64,000 bases of DNA from Macrostomum hystrix. Its lineage: Eukaryota > Animalia > Platyhelminthes. Shown here piece by piece: positions 1 through 11,674 of this stretch (the stretch's first letter is position 1; the number at the start of each line of letters is the position of its first letter). The position numbers were made by a program, and so were the translations under genes. The notes beneath the pieces were generated by a model, which was not told the DNA's origin, searched no databases, and was given only the letters and a program-made list of their open reading frames with translations. The DNA lies in contig CATNEN010000037.1 of the NCBI GenBank assembly GCA_950097015.1, positions 4,216,001 to 4,280,000 on the forward strand, written 5' to 3'.

Positions 1-72
1 ACAAATTCAAAAACGCGAAGTAATCATAGTTAAAGTGCAAGGATATAAAAAAGTAGATTTCTTGTCATTTAC

Positions 73-156
73 CTTCACTTCTAGCTTTAGGACCATCGTC
101 CAGCGGTTGATGGCCGTCAAACTGGTTGCGGTCGTCAAGAAGGAAGTCTTTCGAGT
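73..156 (-). CDS. Probable internal coding exon, copy A of a tandem exon duplication (gene continues off the left edge)
   Basis: Minus strand ttacag|ACTCG...GTGAAG|gtaaat; 84 nt (multiple of 3); phase-1 reading xSKDFLLDDRNQFDGHQPLDDGPKARSE; paralogous to 716-811 including intron flanks. Confidence 0.5.
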
Positions 157-354
157 CTGTAAGGTATTAATAAAATGAAATATTTATGCAGTATTTAGCA
201 TGTAGGTCGTATTTAAAAAGTCAATGTAGCAAAGTGGGAAAAAGCCTGTTTCAGGCAGAAATATCTTTACAGGAACGGATCTACCAGGAGAGAAAATCTG
301 TATCCTCTAATTTGTAATTTAATAATAATAACTTATTAAACTTGTTTCATTTGG

Positions 355-600
355 GCAAGATGTGCAGCCGACAGTTCAATGTGCAAGGCGCGGCGCCTCT
401 GAAGGCTGCGTACGGCCGTTCAGTCCATGGACAGGGGACGCGCCACACCCACCCTAAATTACCCCAGCTAATGCTGGTACTGGTACCCATTCAACAGCTA
501 AGTGAACTAAAGCAACGCAGAGTTAATTGTCTTTCGAAAGGACACAAACAGTTGCGGTAAATTCGAGAATCGAACTCCCAACCTTGTAGTCGTAAGTCTG
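355..600 (-). mobile_element. tRNA-derived SINE, family A (CORE/Meta/V-SINE-like central domain)
   Basis: Reverse strand shows tRNA B-box-like GAGTTCGATTCTC followed by TGTGTCCTTTCGAAAGACAATTAAC...GTTCACTTAGCTGTTGAATGGGTACC; homologous by eye to ~9100-9250, ~36090-36245 and ~49610-49830. Confidence 0.75.
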
Positions 601-715
601 ATATCTAACCACAAGGGTACAGCCCCCTAGACGTGTTTTTAAAAATAATCAAAACGCGAAGTACTGTTAGATAAAAGTGCATGGATATAAAAAGATTCGA
701 TTTGATGTCATTTAC

Positions 716-811
716 CTTCACTTCTAGCTTCGCTAGCATCGTCCAGCAGTTGATGGCCGTCAAACTGATCACTGTGCTGGTTGTGGTCGTCAAGAAGGAA
801 GTCTTTGGAGT
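716..811 (-). CDS. Probable internal coding exon, copy B of a tandem exon duplication
   Basis: ttacag|ACTCC...GTGAAG|gtaaat; 96 nt (multiple of 3), differs from copy A by an in-frame 12-nt indel; phase-1 reading xSKDFLLDDHNQHSDQFDGHQLLDDASEARSE. Confidence 0.5.
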
Positions 812-924
812 CTGTAAGGTATTAATAAGATGAAATAGTAAACCTGGAAAACTAAAAAATAAGAGACTGGACCGTTATATTTCAGGAAAAGTTTCCTGAC
901 GAACTTTTCGATGGGTCAAAGCCC

Positions 925-3641
925 TTAGATCTTGTCAACTGCAGCCCTCATAACCCCCGAGGTCATAACACTTGCCAGCCTTATAGCTTTCAGGTGACCT
1001 AAGTGTTAATATTTGACTATTTCAAAATATTATTTGACTGGACAGAATTTTCTCACCATTTTTCTCAGATTGGCAATTGCTCTGGATCCTTTTATAGTGT
1101 TCCTTTGCGATGCTCTGAAATAATAAAGACTACAAAGTTGTGCGCCTGGTTTGACAGTTCGCACAATTACAAAGGAAGGGCAAAAAAAACACCTACAGAA
1201 ATCTGAATCGGCATTTTTCCGAGTGACTTCTCGCAGAATAACGACAGAAACGAGCCGCTATCACCAGTTAGATACACGGAATACGGTGCCTCCGACTAAA
1301 ATATAAAAATATTTGTAGACTAGTGAAATCAGCATCAGCAGCTAAAGAAATATTGACAAGGTGAGAAAATACTAGGAAACTGGAAGAGGGAAGACAATTT
1401 TACAAACTAATAGAACCGATCTGAAGATCAGGGAGAGTGGCTAAGGATCAGGGAGAGTAGCTGAAGATCAAGGAGAGTAGCTAAGGATCAGGGAGAGTGG
1501 CTAAGGATCAGGGAGAGTGGCTGAAGATCAGGGAGAGTGGCTGAAGATCAGGGAGAGTGGCTGAAGATCAGGGAGAGTGGCTGAAGATCAGGGAGAGTAG
1601 CTGAAGATCAGGGAGAGTGGCTGAAGATCAGGGAGAGTAGCTGAAGATCAGGGAGAGTGGCTGAAGATCAGGGAGAGTAGCTGAAGATCGGGGGGAGTGG
1701 CTGAAGAACAGGGAGAGTGGCTGAAGATCAGGGAGAGTGGCTGATGATTAGGTAGAGTGGCTAAGGATCAGGGAGAGTAGCTGAAGATCAGGGAGAGTGG
1801 CTGAAGATCAGGGAGAGTGGCTGATGATTAGGTAGAGTGGCTAAGGATCAGGGAGAGTAGCTGAAGATCAGGGAGAGTGGCTGATGATTAGGTAGAGTGG
1901 CTAAGGATCAGGTAGAGTGGCTAAGGATCAGGGAGAGAGGGAAACGTATGGGCAATAAATCAATGAAGTCATTACTAACCAGGTTTACCTGGGGCTCCAT
2001 ATCAACAATGAGCTTCAGCCGCACATCCTGAGTCAGCAGCCGGAACATGCGGACGGTGAGCTGGTCGAAGTGGGCAGCGCCATCTCTGGGCGCAAGGAAG
2101 GCCAGGCGGCACAGGACGGCGTGGGCGGGAATGCCCTCGGCGAAGCGTCGACGCAGGTAGCACAGGCTGGTCAGGGCGACCGTCAGAGTCTCGCCGTAGT
2201 CGACATCTTCAACCAGCAGCTGCAGCGTGTCAGCGCTGGCCGCAGCTACCCGGCGGACGATTCTCACCCGACGTGAGCCCAGCTCGGTGGCGGCCTCGCA
2301 CAACTGGCCGGGCCTGGCGTGCACCTCCGCCATTGGCTGGCCGGGCTCGCTCGAGTCCATCTCCTCCATGAGCTTGTCCAGCCGGTTCGACACCTCGCCG
2401 TAGGGGATCACGAAGAAGCGGCCGGGCCCGGAGTTCGAGGCGGGCGGCACCAGGACTTCGTACTGGTTTAGAGCCACGAGTCGGTCGCTGGATTGGCTGC
2501 CTCCCTCTGGCAGTCGAGGCCGACGCAGGCGCTCAACGGAAAGTCGGTAGCCGGGCGGCACGCAGTCCTCTGGGTAAGGCGGCGCGTTAGGGGCAAACGG
2601 CAGGCGCGTGCCGTACACGGATATGCGAAGATCCTCATCTACGGGATTTCTTATAAGTGCAATGCCAGGTAGACGACGCAGTAGGTCTAGCAGGTCGGTG
2701 CAGCCCAAGTCTGAGTACCTGGGCAGCTGGCAACCGAAACTGTGAAGGGGATATAGATAAAATAGCTTCTATAGTCGCAGCATAAATGGTTATAGCTAGT
2801 TCTAACTAAAATCGATGGGCCCATAAAAGGCAAAGACCCGTATGATATAAATAAGCTAAAAGGATCAAATACCTTATTTACCTTTCTAGTCATAGTTCTG
2901 ACTAGAAAATAGAAAAATTTAATACAAGAATATTATGTGTAATCGACGCAGAGAAATACCCAGACCGGGTTTGCTAAAGGTTATACAATCACGGTAACTG
3001 GCTCTCATGCTGTTTCAAATAATTACTCTGAGTACGCACCTCTCCCTGTACTTCTCTGGCAGCAGCAGGACTGGAAGGCCGGCGAAGTTGTGGGCCAGGC
3101 AGAGCAGCCGCCGCTTCACTTCAGCCGGCACGCTGAGCGGTCGCTTCTGCGCCGCCGCGCCAGATTTGACGGAGCTGCTGCACTCGGCCTTGACCTGGGC
3201 CGCAACCCGCAGGCAGCGATTGGAGTCAAAGGCCAGGCGGCCTGACTGCACCAGCCTGACTGCGAGCTCCTCAGCCGACGGGCAATTGAAGAGCTCCAGC
3301 GGCAGCGGTCGGTTAAAAAAGCAGGCGAAGGAGTCGACTAGGTCAGCGGGAGTCAGCGGCTGCATTAAGTTCTCAGCGGCCACCCGCACAAGCTCCACTA
3401 CGGCATCGGTGGCCGCCGCCCGGTCCGCTGCCCTCCTGCGCTCCTGCTCCAGTTGAAGCTCCCGATTGCGCTGAAGCTGCAGTTCCAGTTCGCGCTCCCG
3501 TTTGAGTTGTCGATCTCGCTCCAGCTTTTGCTCTCGCTGCCTATCAGTGTCCAGCTTCTCCAACTCCTTTCTAACAGCTCCCCATTGAAACTGGCTCTGT
3601 CGTTCTGCTTCAGGTTTAGCCAGTACTTGACTTCTTTTCAT
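925..3641 (-). CDS. LOTUS (OST-HTH) + extended Tudor domain protein, TDRD5/Tejas-like (piRNA/germ-granule family)
   Basis: Exons 3641-3040, 2739-1989, 1295-1197, 1114-1057 and 998-925 join in frame at GT-AG sites. The join restores the LOTUS motif LPEKYRE-SFGCQLPRYSDLGCTDLLDLLRRLP; a second LOTUS-like block DLVDSFACFFNRPLPLELFNCPSAEEL lies upstream. Tudor-like PGQLCEAA...VEDVDYGETLTV...FAEGIPAHAVLCRL. Orthology is architecture-level only. Confidence 0.8.
1421..1935. repeat. 20-bp minisatellite (GATCAGGGAGAGTGGCTGAA)n inside Tudor-gene intron 2
   Basis: Visible 20-nt periodicity with variant units; lies between donor 1988 and acceptor 1296. Confidence 0.97.
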
Positions 3642-6600
3642 TCTTCAGAGCTGAATAAAAAGAAAGTTTTTTTATAGTTTTTTGATTAATATTCCAACTA
3701 ATTAATTTAACAGGTTGTTCAACCAAACGCATAAATACATGAAAATAGTGTCTTAATTTTACCTCTAACTTAACAAATAATGCTTGTTTTGCTTTCCTTA
3801 CTTTCTAAACTAGATTAAATATATTTTTTGGGATTTAATATGCACTGAAGTTTATAAAAATTGCTTTATAATAGACTAAATTAAATACATTTAGCCACTA
3901 GTTAACTACTTTAACTAAATATATAATATTTTACTTCTTTCTTACTTCTCTATTGTTGCTTTTTGTGCTTACCATTTGAGTCTTAGTGATTACAGTTAAT
4001 ATAAATGTCAACATAAAAAGTTGCACAATTATTAAATGCTCTTTGAAAAAATATAATTCCTAAATAACTTTTTATGAGCTGGGTCAGAAATGGCAGTTAT
4101 TATGGAAACTTGTACAATTGAGCCATTTCAACTAACAAGTTTTTATACAGACAACAGTTGTTTTATTTCCTTTTTATTATAGAAAAAATTGTGGAATGAT
4201 ATATATTGATGCCAGTTCTGGTTAAATCTTAATGATCTATAAAATTAAGTACCTAAAAATGGATCTAGGAAATATTTTGTAGAATTAGCATATTTGATAA
4301 ATGCAAGTCATGTCCAATATATCTTTATCATATCACTTACAAGACAAACTTATTTAACATATTTTACATTATCACTTTTTGGGCTAATTCACTTTGATTT
4401 GATTATTGTAACATTGCATATTGACCTTTTTAGAATAGTTTTCTATATTGAAAAGTACAATATTCACAAGTTGAACCAGCAAAACTTTTTACAAAAAACA
4501 TTTGAAATAACTTTTAGTATACAAACAGGGACTTCTTAAATTACCAGGATGAAATTCTAATCAAAGCATGAAAAATTTCTTATGTGGCTTGCTTTTTTAG
4601 CTGACTATGGTTCATGTTTTCTTTTCAACTTTGCTAGAGCTACCAAGCAAGTTGGCTGACATAGCTAATCAGTCTTCAAATTAATATGTCTCTGATATAT
4701 ATTTTTCTCAACTAGCTTCATAATTAATGACACGAAAATTCAGCATTGCTGGCTACAGTGCACACTATGCTAAGGAGGATAGCGTGGCATAACTTGTTCT
4801 GTTTTCTCAAATCTTTCAGCACCTCAGCAAAATTGTGTCCTGATATTCAATGAAACATATGTGCAGCCTTCCATTTGGTATTGATGCAAGCATCTGATGG
4901 GGCATGCTGTTAATGATGCTAGCCAGATAGAAAAAACAGTGCTACCTATCATGGTGAAGCCTCTTCTTGGTGGAAAGCCCTTTGTCATCCAATTGTTCCC
5001 TGTTTTTCTTCTGACTGCTTGATTTCTTTGACTGTAGCTAAGCCACTGCCATCAACAAGCAAAGCAGCTGTGTCATTGCACTGGTTTGGGACAACCAACC
5101 AGTGAATTGCAAGTGCTTATCAATATTTCATGACAGCCTAAAAAACAAAACTTGGGTCAGCAGAGATGCCTCATATGAGTCTATACTCTACATGATTATA
5201 ATGATTCTGTGCATCTTTTGAAGTGTCTCAGAAACAATTGGCAGACAGAAAAAGATGGAACTCTCATATTCTATCTGCCAAACTATGACTAAATTGAATC
5301 AGCAAAGTAGAATGACTTGATTAGAATTTACAAACTTAGAGAAAACCATACTAAAAAGATCCAGCTAGACATTCAAAGCTTGCTACCCATCAAAAAATCA
5401 GAAGTCAAAAGTAAGTCTTGCTCTGTAGGTATTAATTGAAAAAGTTGCAGCTGCTGTGCTGAAGTATGACAGTCATTTTGAAACCACAACTTTGTTGAGT
5501 GTCATAAAGCTAGGGCCAATAGAACATTGTAAATTACCAAAATCCTGGTCTACACATCCAGTTCAATGATCCTAGTAGGCGACCAATTTTAATTATATAT
5601 TGACACATTTAATTATATACTGCATTATGTATAATTGCTAATAGCTGCTTATTGTTTATGAAAAAACTGAAAACTGTGAGAACAAAACAAAGGATATATA
5701 ATGAATTCATTATGAGCAGTCATAATGAATAGGCCTAGACAGTCTAGACTCAATGAATAGACGCTCAATTATAAATAGACTCTATTATGTCATAAAGTTT
5801 ATGACATCAACTTAGCCAAGCTGAGTAAATGGATTTGGGATTTATTATGAAAGGAATTCCCTGACATCACATCATTAGCTAGCTTGTCAATGCTAGGCCT
5901 ATTGCTAGCCAGTATATCAAAAACAGCCAAAAAAGTGTTTATAATTAAGTCGAGGTAGGAGTATTAGGCCCCTACTATTAGGAGGTGGTGCGTCGTTAAT
6001 TAAATTAGAGATAAGGATGCACGTAAAAAATACCACTACAAATAAAAATAATAATTTAATAAACTACAACATATTCGATAATATAGTTTTTGACTATTTA
6101 TATTATGCTCTCATCGCTTCGGATCACGATGTTAAACATATCGTCGAAAATAAAAAATCATTGACATTGAAACAACCGCGTATTGGTCAAACTATTTTTT
6201 AGCAAGCGCTTACAAAAAAATTGTACTTTTATTTCTTAGGTTTATTTATTTGATACGAATGGAACATTACTTTTTTATTTAACAGTTCAATACAACTGAC
6301 GAACATGATTTTTCAAAGACTCTAATGTACATACTGTGATGCACCAAAAATATGTTAATCATGGACCACTGTACACCTAGTATTAACTATATAACTAATA
6401 ACTAAGTTCTGCTACAGTGTTCTAAACGCCTGCTACTAGGCGTTTCTGGATTTCTAGGTAAGATTGTTTCTAGATATAGAAATAGCATAATCATATTATC
6501 CTATGTTAAATTTCTGCAGAATATTGAAATTAATAAAAATCGCGCTAGAAAAAACCAGAATTCGATTGTCTGGTATTTATCTACTTTAGATAAAAAGTAT

Positions 6601-7916
6601 ATTTTTATCTACTACTTTTTATCTACTGTTTGATTCTCTAGAGTAATAAGGCAAATGTTCCGGTGTGAATTTTGTTAAAACAAAACTAACGATTTTGTTT
6701 TTATGCTGTTAGGGTAAAATTTATAAATATAGGTTTTATATTATTTAAAATATGTACGACATTATTTAGGTTAATCTTCATGTAATGTTTATTGTATCTA
6801 AGCAATTTTAGGAGTAAAAATTTTAACGAGGAGTATTCAATCCAAAATTTACCCTTTTTTATTCGTGATGTGCAAGCATTGTTTACTATTTTTGCATCCC
6901 ACTAACGGCTGCGGAAACTCTTTATCATTATTTTTCATAGCTTGAAAATTGATATTCTAACAGATTTTAACGTTTTCTAAAGAGAAACATGTCAGTTCAA
7001 TGGTATTCGTATAACTTTTCTTAGAGCTCGCTTTGTCATATGGCACGTAAAATCGTTCGTTAATTGTATAATTTTTTAATCCGACTCATTTATATTTTTC
7101 AAATAGTACAAAACCATTGAATAATATTCCATATTTGTGAAAGATTTTTTTCGTACGAATCAGATTCGTAGATTCATTATGATTGTTTTAAAGTTATCCA
7201 GTTTTGTTTTCTTTGCGTCCTCTTTTGTTTAACGAAGGTTTTGTTCACCAACTAAATTTAAAGCTCAAAATTACACATGGAGTGTAGAAGTTTACGCTAA
7301 TAGTCTGTGTAATGTATAAATAGCAGACGATTAAAATGATCATGTGAATATATTTGACAATTATATGTATGTGTGTACAAGACTGTTTTGAGCTGAACTT
7401 ATGACTCGTTTGATATTTTCTGTGAATACAGACTGAAAATCTGGTTTTGCAATATTTACTGTATAGCTAAAGTCTCACTTGGCTTGTTACTATGCTATCT
7501 GCCACTGTATATGAACAAACGGGATTGATTGCCTACAGAAAATTTTCTTTGCTTGTATAATTGAATTTCACAAATTTGTCGCACTTTTGTGATGTGAAAT
7601 TAGGTGATGGCACATGTCTCCTAATTATTGTGATTTAGAATAGTCCGACGCCCCACGCATTAAATTATGAGAATCAGACAGTAAATAAGAAGTACGTACT
7701 AACACTAACAGCTTATATATTCGGTCTAACTATATTTTTACTTCGAGTATCATGTTTCCACAGCTTGCCTCATTTCTTCACTCAGTAAAAATTCGAATTA
7801 GATGTATAAAAAATTTACGGACTAACAATTCCCATCATTTTATCCCTCAGCTGAAAGTACACCCAAGCACTGAAAACACTGATCTACTGTTGCACGTGTC
7901 TTTCTAAGAGTAAAAA

Positions 7917-8870
7917 ATGGCTAAGCCACAATCTGGCGAGTCGTTAGAATCGCAGGGCACCGCCGTTGCCGGTGGCGGCCTGACGGACTCCTGGAAGCAG
8001 CACATGAAAAGCCGCAGCTTCGCACCTGAGCCGTATCACCTGCACCGGCTGGCTGTTCTTGCCTACTTCTACTGCCTCCTAGCCGTTCCCGCTGTATTTG
8101 TGGTCCGCGTTTTACCCGGACTTTTTCTGTCCGAGGAAGCCTGGTGGCTCGCCATCCTGACTGCCGGATTCTTTGTCGTCGAAAATTTTCTTAACTACCG
8201 GGCATGCCTACTGGGTCACCACGATTGCAACATTGTGCACTGCTTCCATTGCCAGCGCACCAACCCGGATGTGCTGGCCTGGCAGCGGAGGGGGCCATCC
8301 GAGCGAGAGGCCGGCCACCGCTGCCTCGCCTGCCAGACCGAGTCGCCGCCCCGATCGCGACACTGCCGCCTGTGCAACCTGTGCGTAATGCGGCGGCACT
8401 TTCACTGCTACCTACTCTGCTGCTGCATCGGCCACCGGACCCACGGTCACTTCCTTGTCCTCTGCCTGTACAGCGTGCTCGGCCTCAGCGCTGGCTCATT
8501 TGCCTTCGCCATCTACACGGTGAAGTTTGGCGATTGGTCCTGCCTGCTGCTGCCTGTGGCCCTGGCCAGCTGGGCTGTCGGCTCCGTCGACGTCGCCCTG
8601 CCGGTTGTCGTGTTCAGCCTGTACGCCCAGCTGGCCTGCCTGTGCGCAGCGGCAATCTACGGCTGCCTGCAGCTGCTGCTGCTGTTGCGCAATCAGACGC
8701 CAAGTGAGATGGCCGCGCTGGATCGGCACTACAGGTTGGATAGTTGCTATGACAACCTGCGCGTCTCGCTCGGCTCTGCCAGGGCTTGGCCGCTGCTGCT
8801 GCTGTATCCGGTGCGACTGCGGCCAGACTCAGATGGCTGCAGCTGGCAGCTCAGATCCAAGCGAAGCTGA
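7917..8870 (+). CDS. DHHC-type palmitoyltransferase family protein (ZDHHC22/24-like) with non-canonical HFHC motif; intronless CDS
   Basis: Two TM segments, Cys-rich domain CLACQTESPPRSRHCRLCNLCVMRRHFHCYLLCCCIG, then two more TM segments; upstream branch point/acceptor ACTAAC...ccctcag at 7821-7850. Confidence 0.88.
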   Translation: MAKPQSGESLESQGTAVAGGGLTDSWKQHMKSRSFAPEPYHLHRLAVLAYFYCLLAVPAVFVVRVLPGLFLSEEAWWLAILTAGFFVVENFLNYRACLLGHHDCNIVHCFHCQRTNPDVLAWQRRGPSEREAGHRCLACQTESPPRSRHCRLCNLCVMRRHFHCYLLCCCIGHRTHGHFLVLCLYSVLGLSAGSFAFAIYTVKFGDWSCLLLPVALASWAVGSVDVALPVVVFSLYAQLACLCAAAIYGCLQLLLLLRNQTPSEMAALDRHYRLDSCYDNLRVSLGSARAWPLLLLYPVRLRPDSDGCSWQLRSKRS

Positions 8871-9044
8871 TGCAACGGCTTCGGTGCGCCACGTAAACGC
8901 AGCTGGAACTGCAGGACTGCCAGGCTGGTCTTCACAGCTGCTCGCTTCGCATACTTTAATTAGATTTGCAATTTGAATTCCTCTCATGTTGTTTCGGTGG
9001 AGAAGAACATTTTTCAGCCCGTTGTTAAACTACGAGGAACATCG

Positions 9045-9255
9045 GGGGCTTGTGGACCAGTTTTATTAGTGTTTCGGACTGCTGACCAATAGAAGTAGTT
9101 TTTGTCCTAGAGCAAAGTACGCAATACTCTAGTGCATTAGTTCACCCAGCTTAAAAATCAGCAATCAGTTGGGGTAGAAATTAAAGCGGGTGTGGCGGCC
9201 TCCTCAGTCCACGGACTGAACAGCTGTACACAGGTTTTGGAGCACCGCCCAATTT
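9045..9255 (+). mobile_element. Diverged SINE family A copy
   Basis: TTTTGTCCTAGAGCAAAG...AGTTCACCCAGCTTAAAAAT...CAGTCCACGGACTGAACAGCTGTACACAG matches the reverse complement of 49610-49830. Confidence 0.6.
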
Positions 9256-11051
9256 CTGTGGCTGTGCGACGAGCTATACACCTGCTAGGTATCATTTCTA
9301 TCTATTGTATAGCAAAAGGTTTTTTAGTGATTTCGACTTGATTTTCTGATATTAAGCTTTCCTCATTTCTAATTGTAACTTATTTGTTTGTCTAGTCGCT
9401 TTTTTAATACCGATTTTAGAACACATTTTGTGCTTTTTTTCTAGTCAAAATTAGATTTTTCACTTTTGATGCTTTTTCCGTCACTTTTTCCAATAAACTT
9501 CTTGCCTGTCATGTTCAGTAAAATTGTATGCTTTACTATCATCGATAAGAAACTCATTTAGCACCGATTTGGGATTTTAACTTCACGTTCCAAAAGTGAA
9601 ATTACCCTTTTATGCAACCATCTTGAATGTCAGAAAAATACAAGAAATGTAAGACTTTAAACATTTCCTACAGCTTTTTCAACTGCAGCTATTTGTAAAA
9701 GCTTAGAAATTTCTGAGACATCACAAAAGTGCAATGCTTGGCTTGTCTTTAAATTTTTGAAACACCGAGCGTACTTTTAAAAGCACAGCTCTGAGGATAT
9801 TTGTTGAAACTTTATGTACTTTAGTTGGCATTCCTTGTTGGATAGGAACATGCATAGGAACAAAACTATCATTAGCTCACAAATCTGATGATTGCTAGTT
9901 TTATTTACTTTTAATTACTAATTGTATATGTCCGTAGAATAATTCTCTTATTATAAATAGAATCGTTGCAGGAATCGAAGCTACGAGGGGCAGAATCGAA
10001 TTTAGAAACGTAGATCGTTCCTAAACGATAGTTAGAGTATGAGGCAGTGTAAAATTAGGTTTTCTTTATAATTTTGAATTCCCGCAATTTTTCCTCATGC
10101 GCTAGCTAAATATCACGCCGAGCTCTTTGTGCGTTATATTACTCTTAAAGTAGAAACATGCACCCACCCCAATTTCTTTGTGTATATATAGAGAGAAAAT
10201 AAATGCGATCTTTACCTTGCCTCACCCTGGCCTCACCCTTGCCTCACCCTTGCGCACCTTGCTTAACAGTCCGCTACCTGTTTGACCTCCTTTACGTTCT
10301 ATACGTTCTCAACGTTTAGCTCTACATTCGATACAACGAAATATAAGCGATTCCACTTCCAACCTCTATTCCAGTTTCGCTATTAAATAGACCGAGTTTC
10401 TGAGTTATTTTCCTAATAAAAGGAAAACAGTTAAAGATACCTTTGCCTTCCCAACCCTCTCCCAAAGATCTCTCGTCGGCCTTCTTTACCAAAACCCACC
10501 CTATTATATGATCCCTTTGAAATCCCAATATACCGTCCTAAAATCCCGTCCAAAAGTCCACCTGAAGTCTATCCACCTAAAAGTTCCCTAAATACCCCCT
10601 GAAGTCCCTAAAACTCCGCCTTTATCCCTCATGAGACTGTACTAATCCCGGACCCCATAGAGGAAAGTAAGTGAAAGCGCGAAGGTCGTTCACCAGGCAA
10701 CTTTAATCCATCCTGATACGCCCCACGGACTGTGTGCCCCAGATCAGTGACCTTAGCCCTCGTGCCAGCAGCAGTAAATTCCGCTCCCATTGTTAGTAGC
10801 TAGTGTCTTGCCGCTCGGGCATTAGCGCTACCTTAGGTATAACCCGAACAGCGTGGAAAATACCTACTCTCACCCTCATAAATTACGCTACCATCCCCCC
10901 AAATACTCAGCTCACCAATCCCAAATCCAACAAATAGAGAGAGAGCTGAGGGGTCTGCTACTAGTAGTTAGTTAGCAATCATAGTTAGAATCGAAGCAAG
11001 AATCGTTGCTGGAACCGTAGTCAAGAATGATTTCCAAGAATGATTTATTCG

Positions 11052-11636
11052 CTATTTTTTTGTGTTTGCCAGACTATTGGCAACCGGTTCACATGTGAGT
11101 ATCGGCTTGCCATCCAGTGTGTCAAGAATGGCGTTGATGATGCTGCGAAGGCTCGGATTGGCCCTGGTGTTCAGGCGAGAGAACACTAGCTTGTGCTGCA
11201 GTCGGATTTCAAAGGATCTGTACCGGCCAGCCAGGCCCGTCACCAGCACCGACTTGTACTTTTCACTGTGGGCCAGTCGCTCGTAGATTTCTCTGCGCAG
11301 CTGCAGAAACTGGGGCCGGCCAATGTAGCGATCGTATTCCACTGTCACAATCAGCTGGATTGGGCCATTGTCCAGGTAATTCCTGACCAATGCTGTTCTC
11401 CTCCCGGTCACTGGTGGAACTGTCCGAGTTGAATGGGCCTGCTGTTGCTGTTTGGCTAAGCCTTTTATTGTCCATGGCTGACTCTTCTACAGGATTCATC
11501 TGCAGATTTCGTTTCTATAAACTGCGACAGACTTAACTTTAGAAGCTCTGACTGATCTGACTAAGTCTGACAAAGTTATTTTTTGTTTTTGCTTTTTGTA
11601 TATTTCTGGCTTCCCCCCAGGCCGCCGCAGATTCAT
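11052..11636 (-). CDS. Rdx-family (SelW/SelT/MIEN1-like) thioredoxin-fold protein lacking CxxC/CxxU
   Basis: IVTVEYDRYIGRPQFLQL...GRYRSFEIRLQHKLVFSRLNT...PSLRSIINAI parallels MIEN1/SelW VEYCxxCGF...GAFEIEINGQLVFSKL...FP. The 5' end is uncertain: ATG 11636 with a 51-nt phase-0 intron 11537-11487 is one in-frame model. Confidence 0.62.
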
Positions 11637-11674
11637 CCCATTGGCTGTTGAATGCCATAGACAGTGCAGCGAAG

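Noticed and set aside
4097-4110. RFX X-box-like GTTATTATGGAAAC
   Set aside because: A single degenerate match that is not near the ciliary genes; likely chance.
4540-5140. Coding-looking stretch upstream of the Tudor gene
   Set aside because: Stops in all frames and no joinable splice phases.
10605-10670. Twister-ribozyme-like CCCTAAAACTCCGCC...CCCGG
   Set aside because: The conserved CCGGUCCCAAGCCCGG core is absent; the resemblance is partial.
11496-11498. TGA as selenocysteine in the Rdx-like gene
   Set aside because: It lies far upstream of the CxxU position and is followed 9 nt later by an in-frame TAG; no SECIS was recognised.
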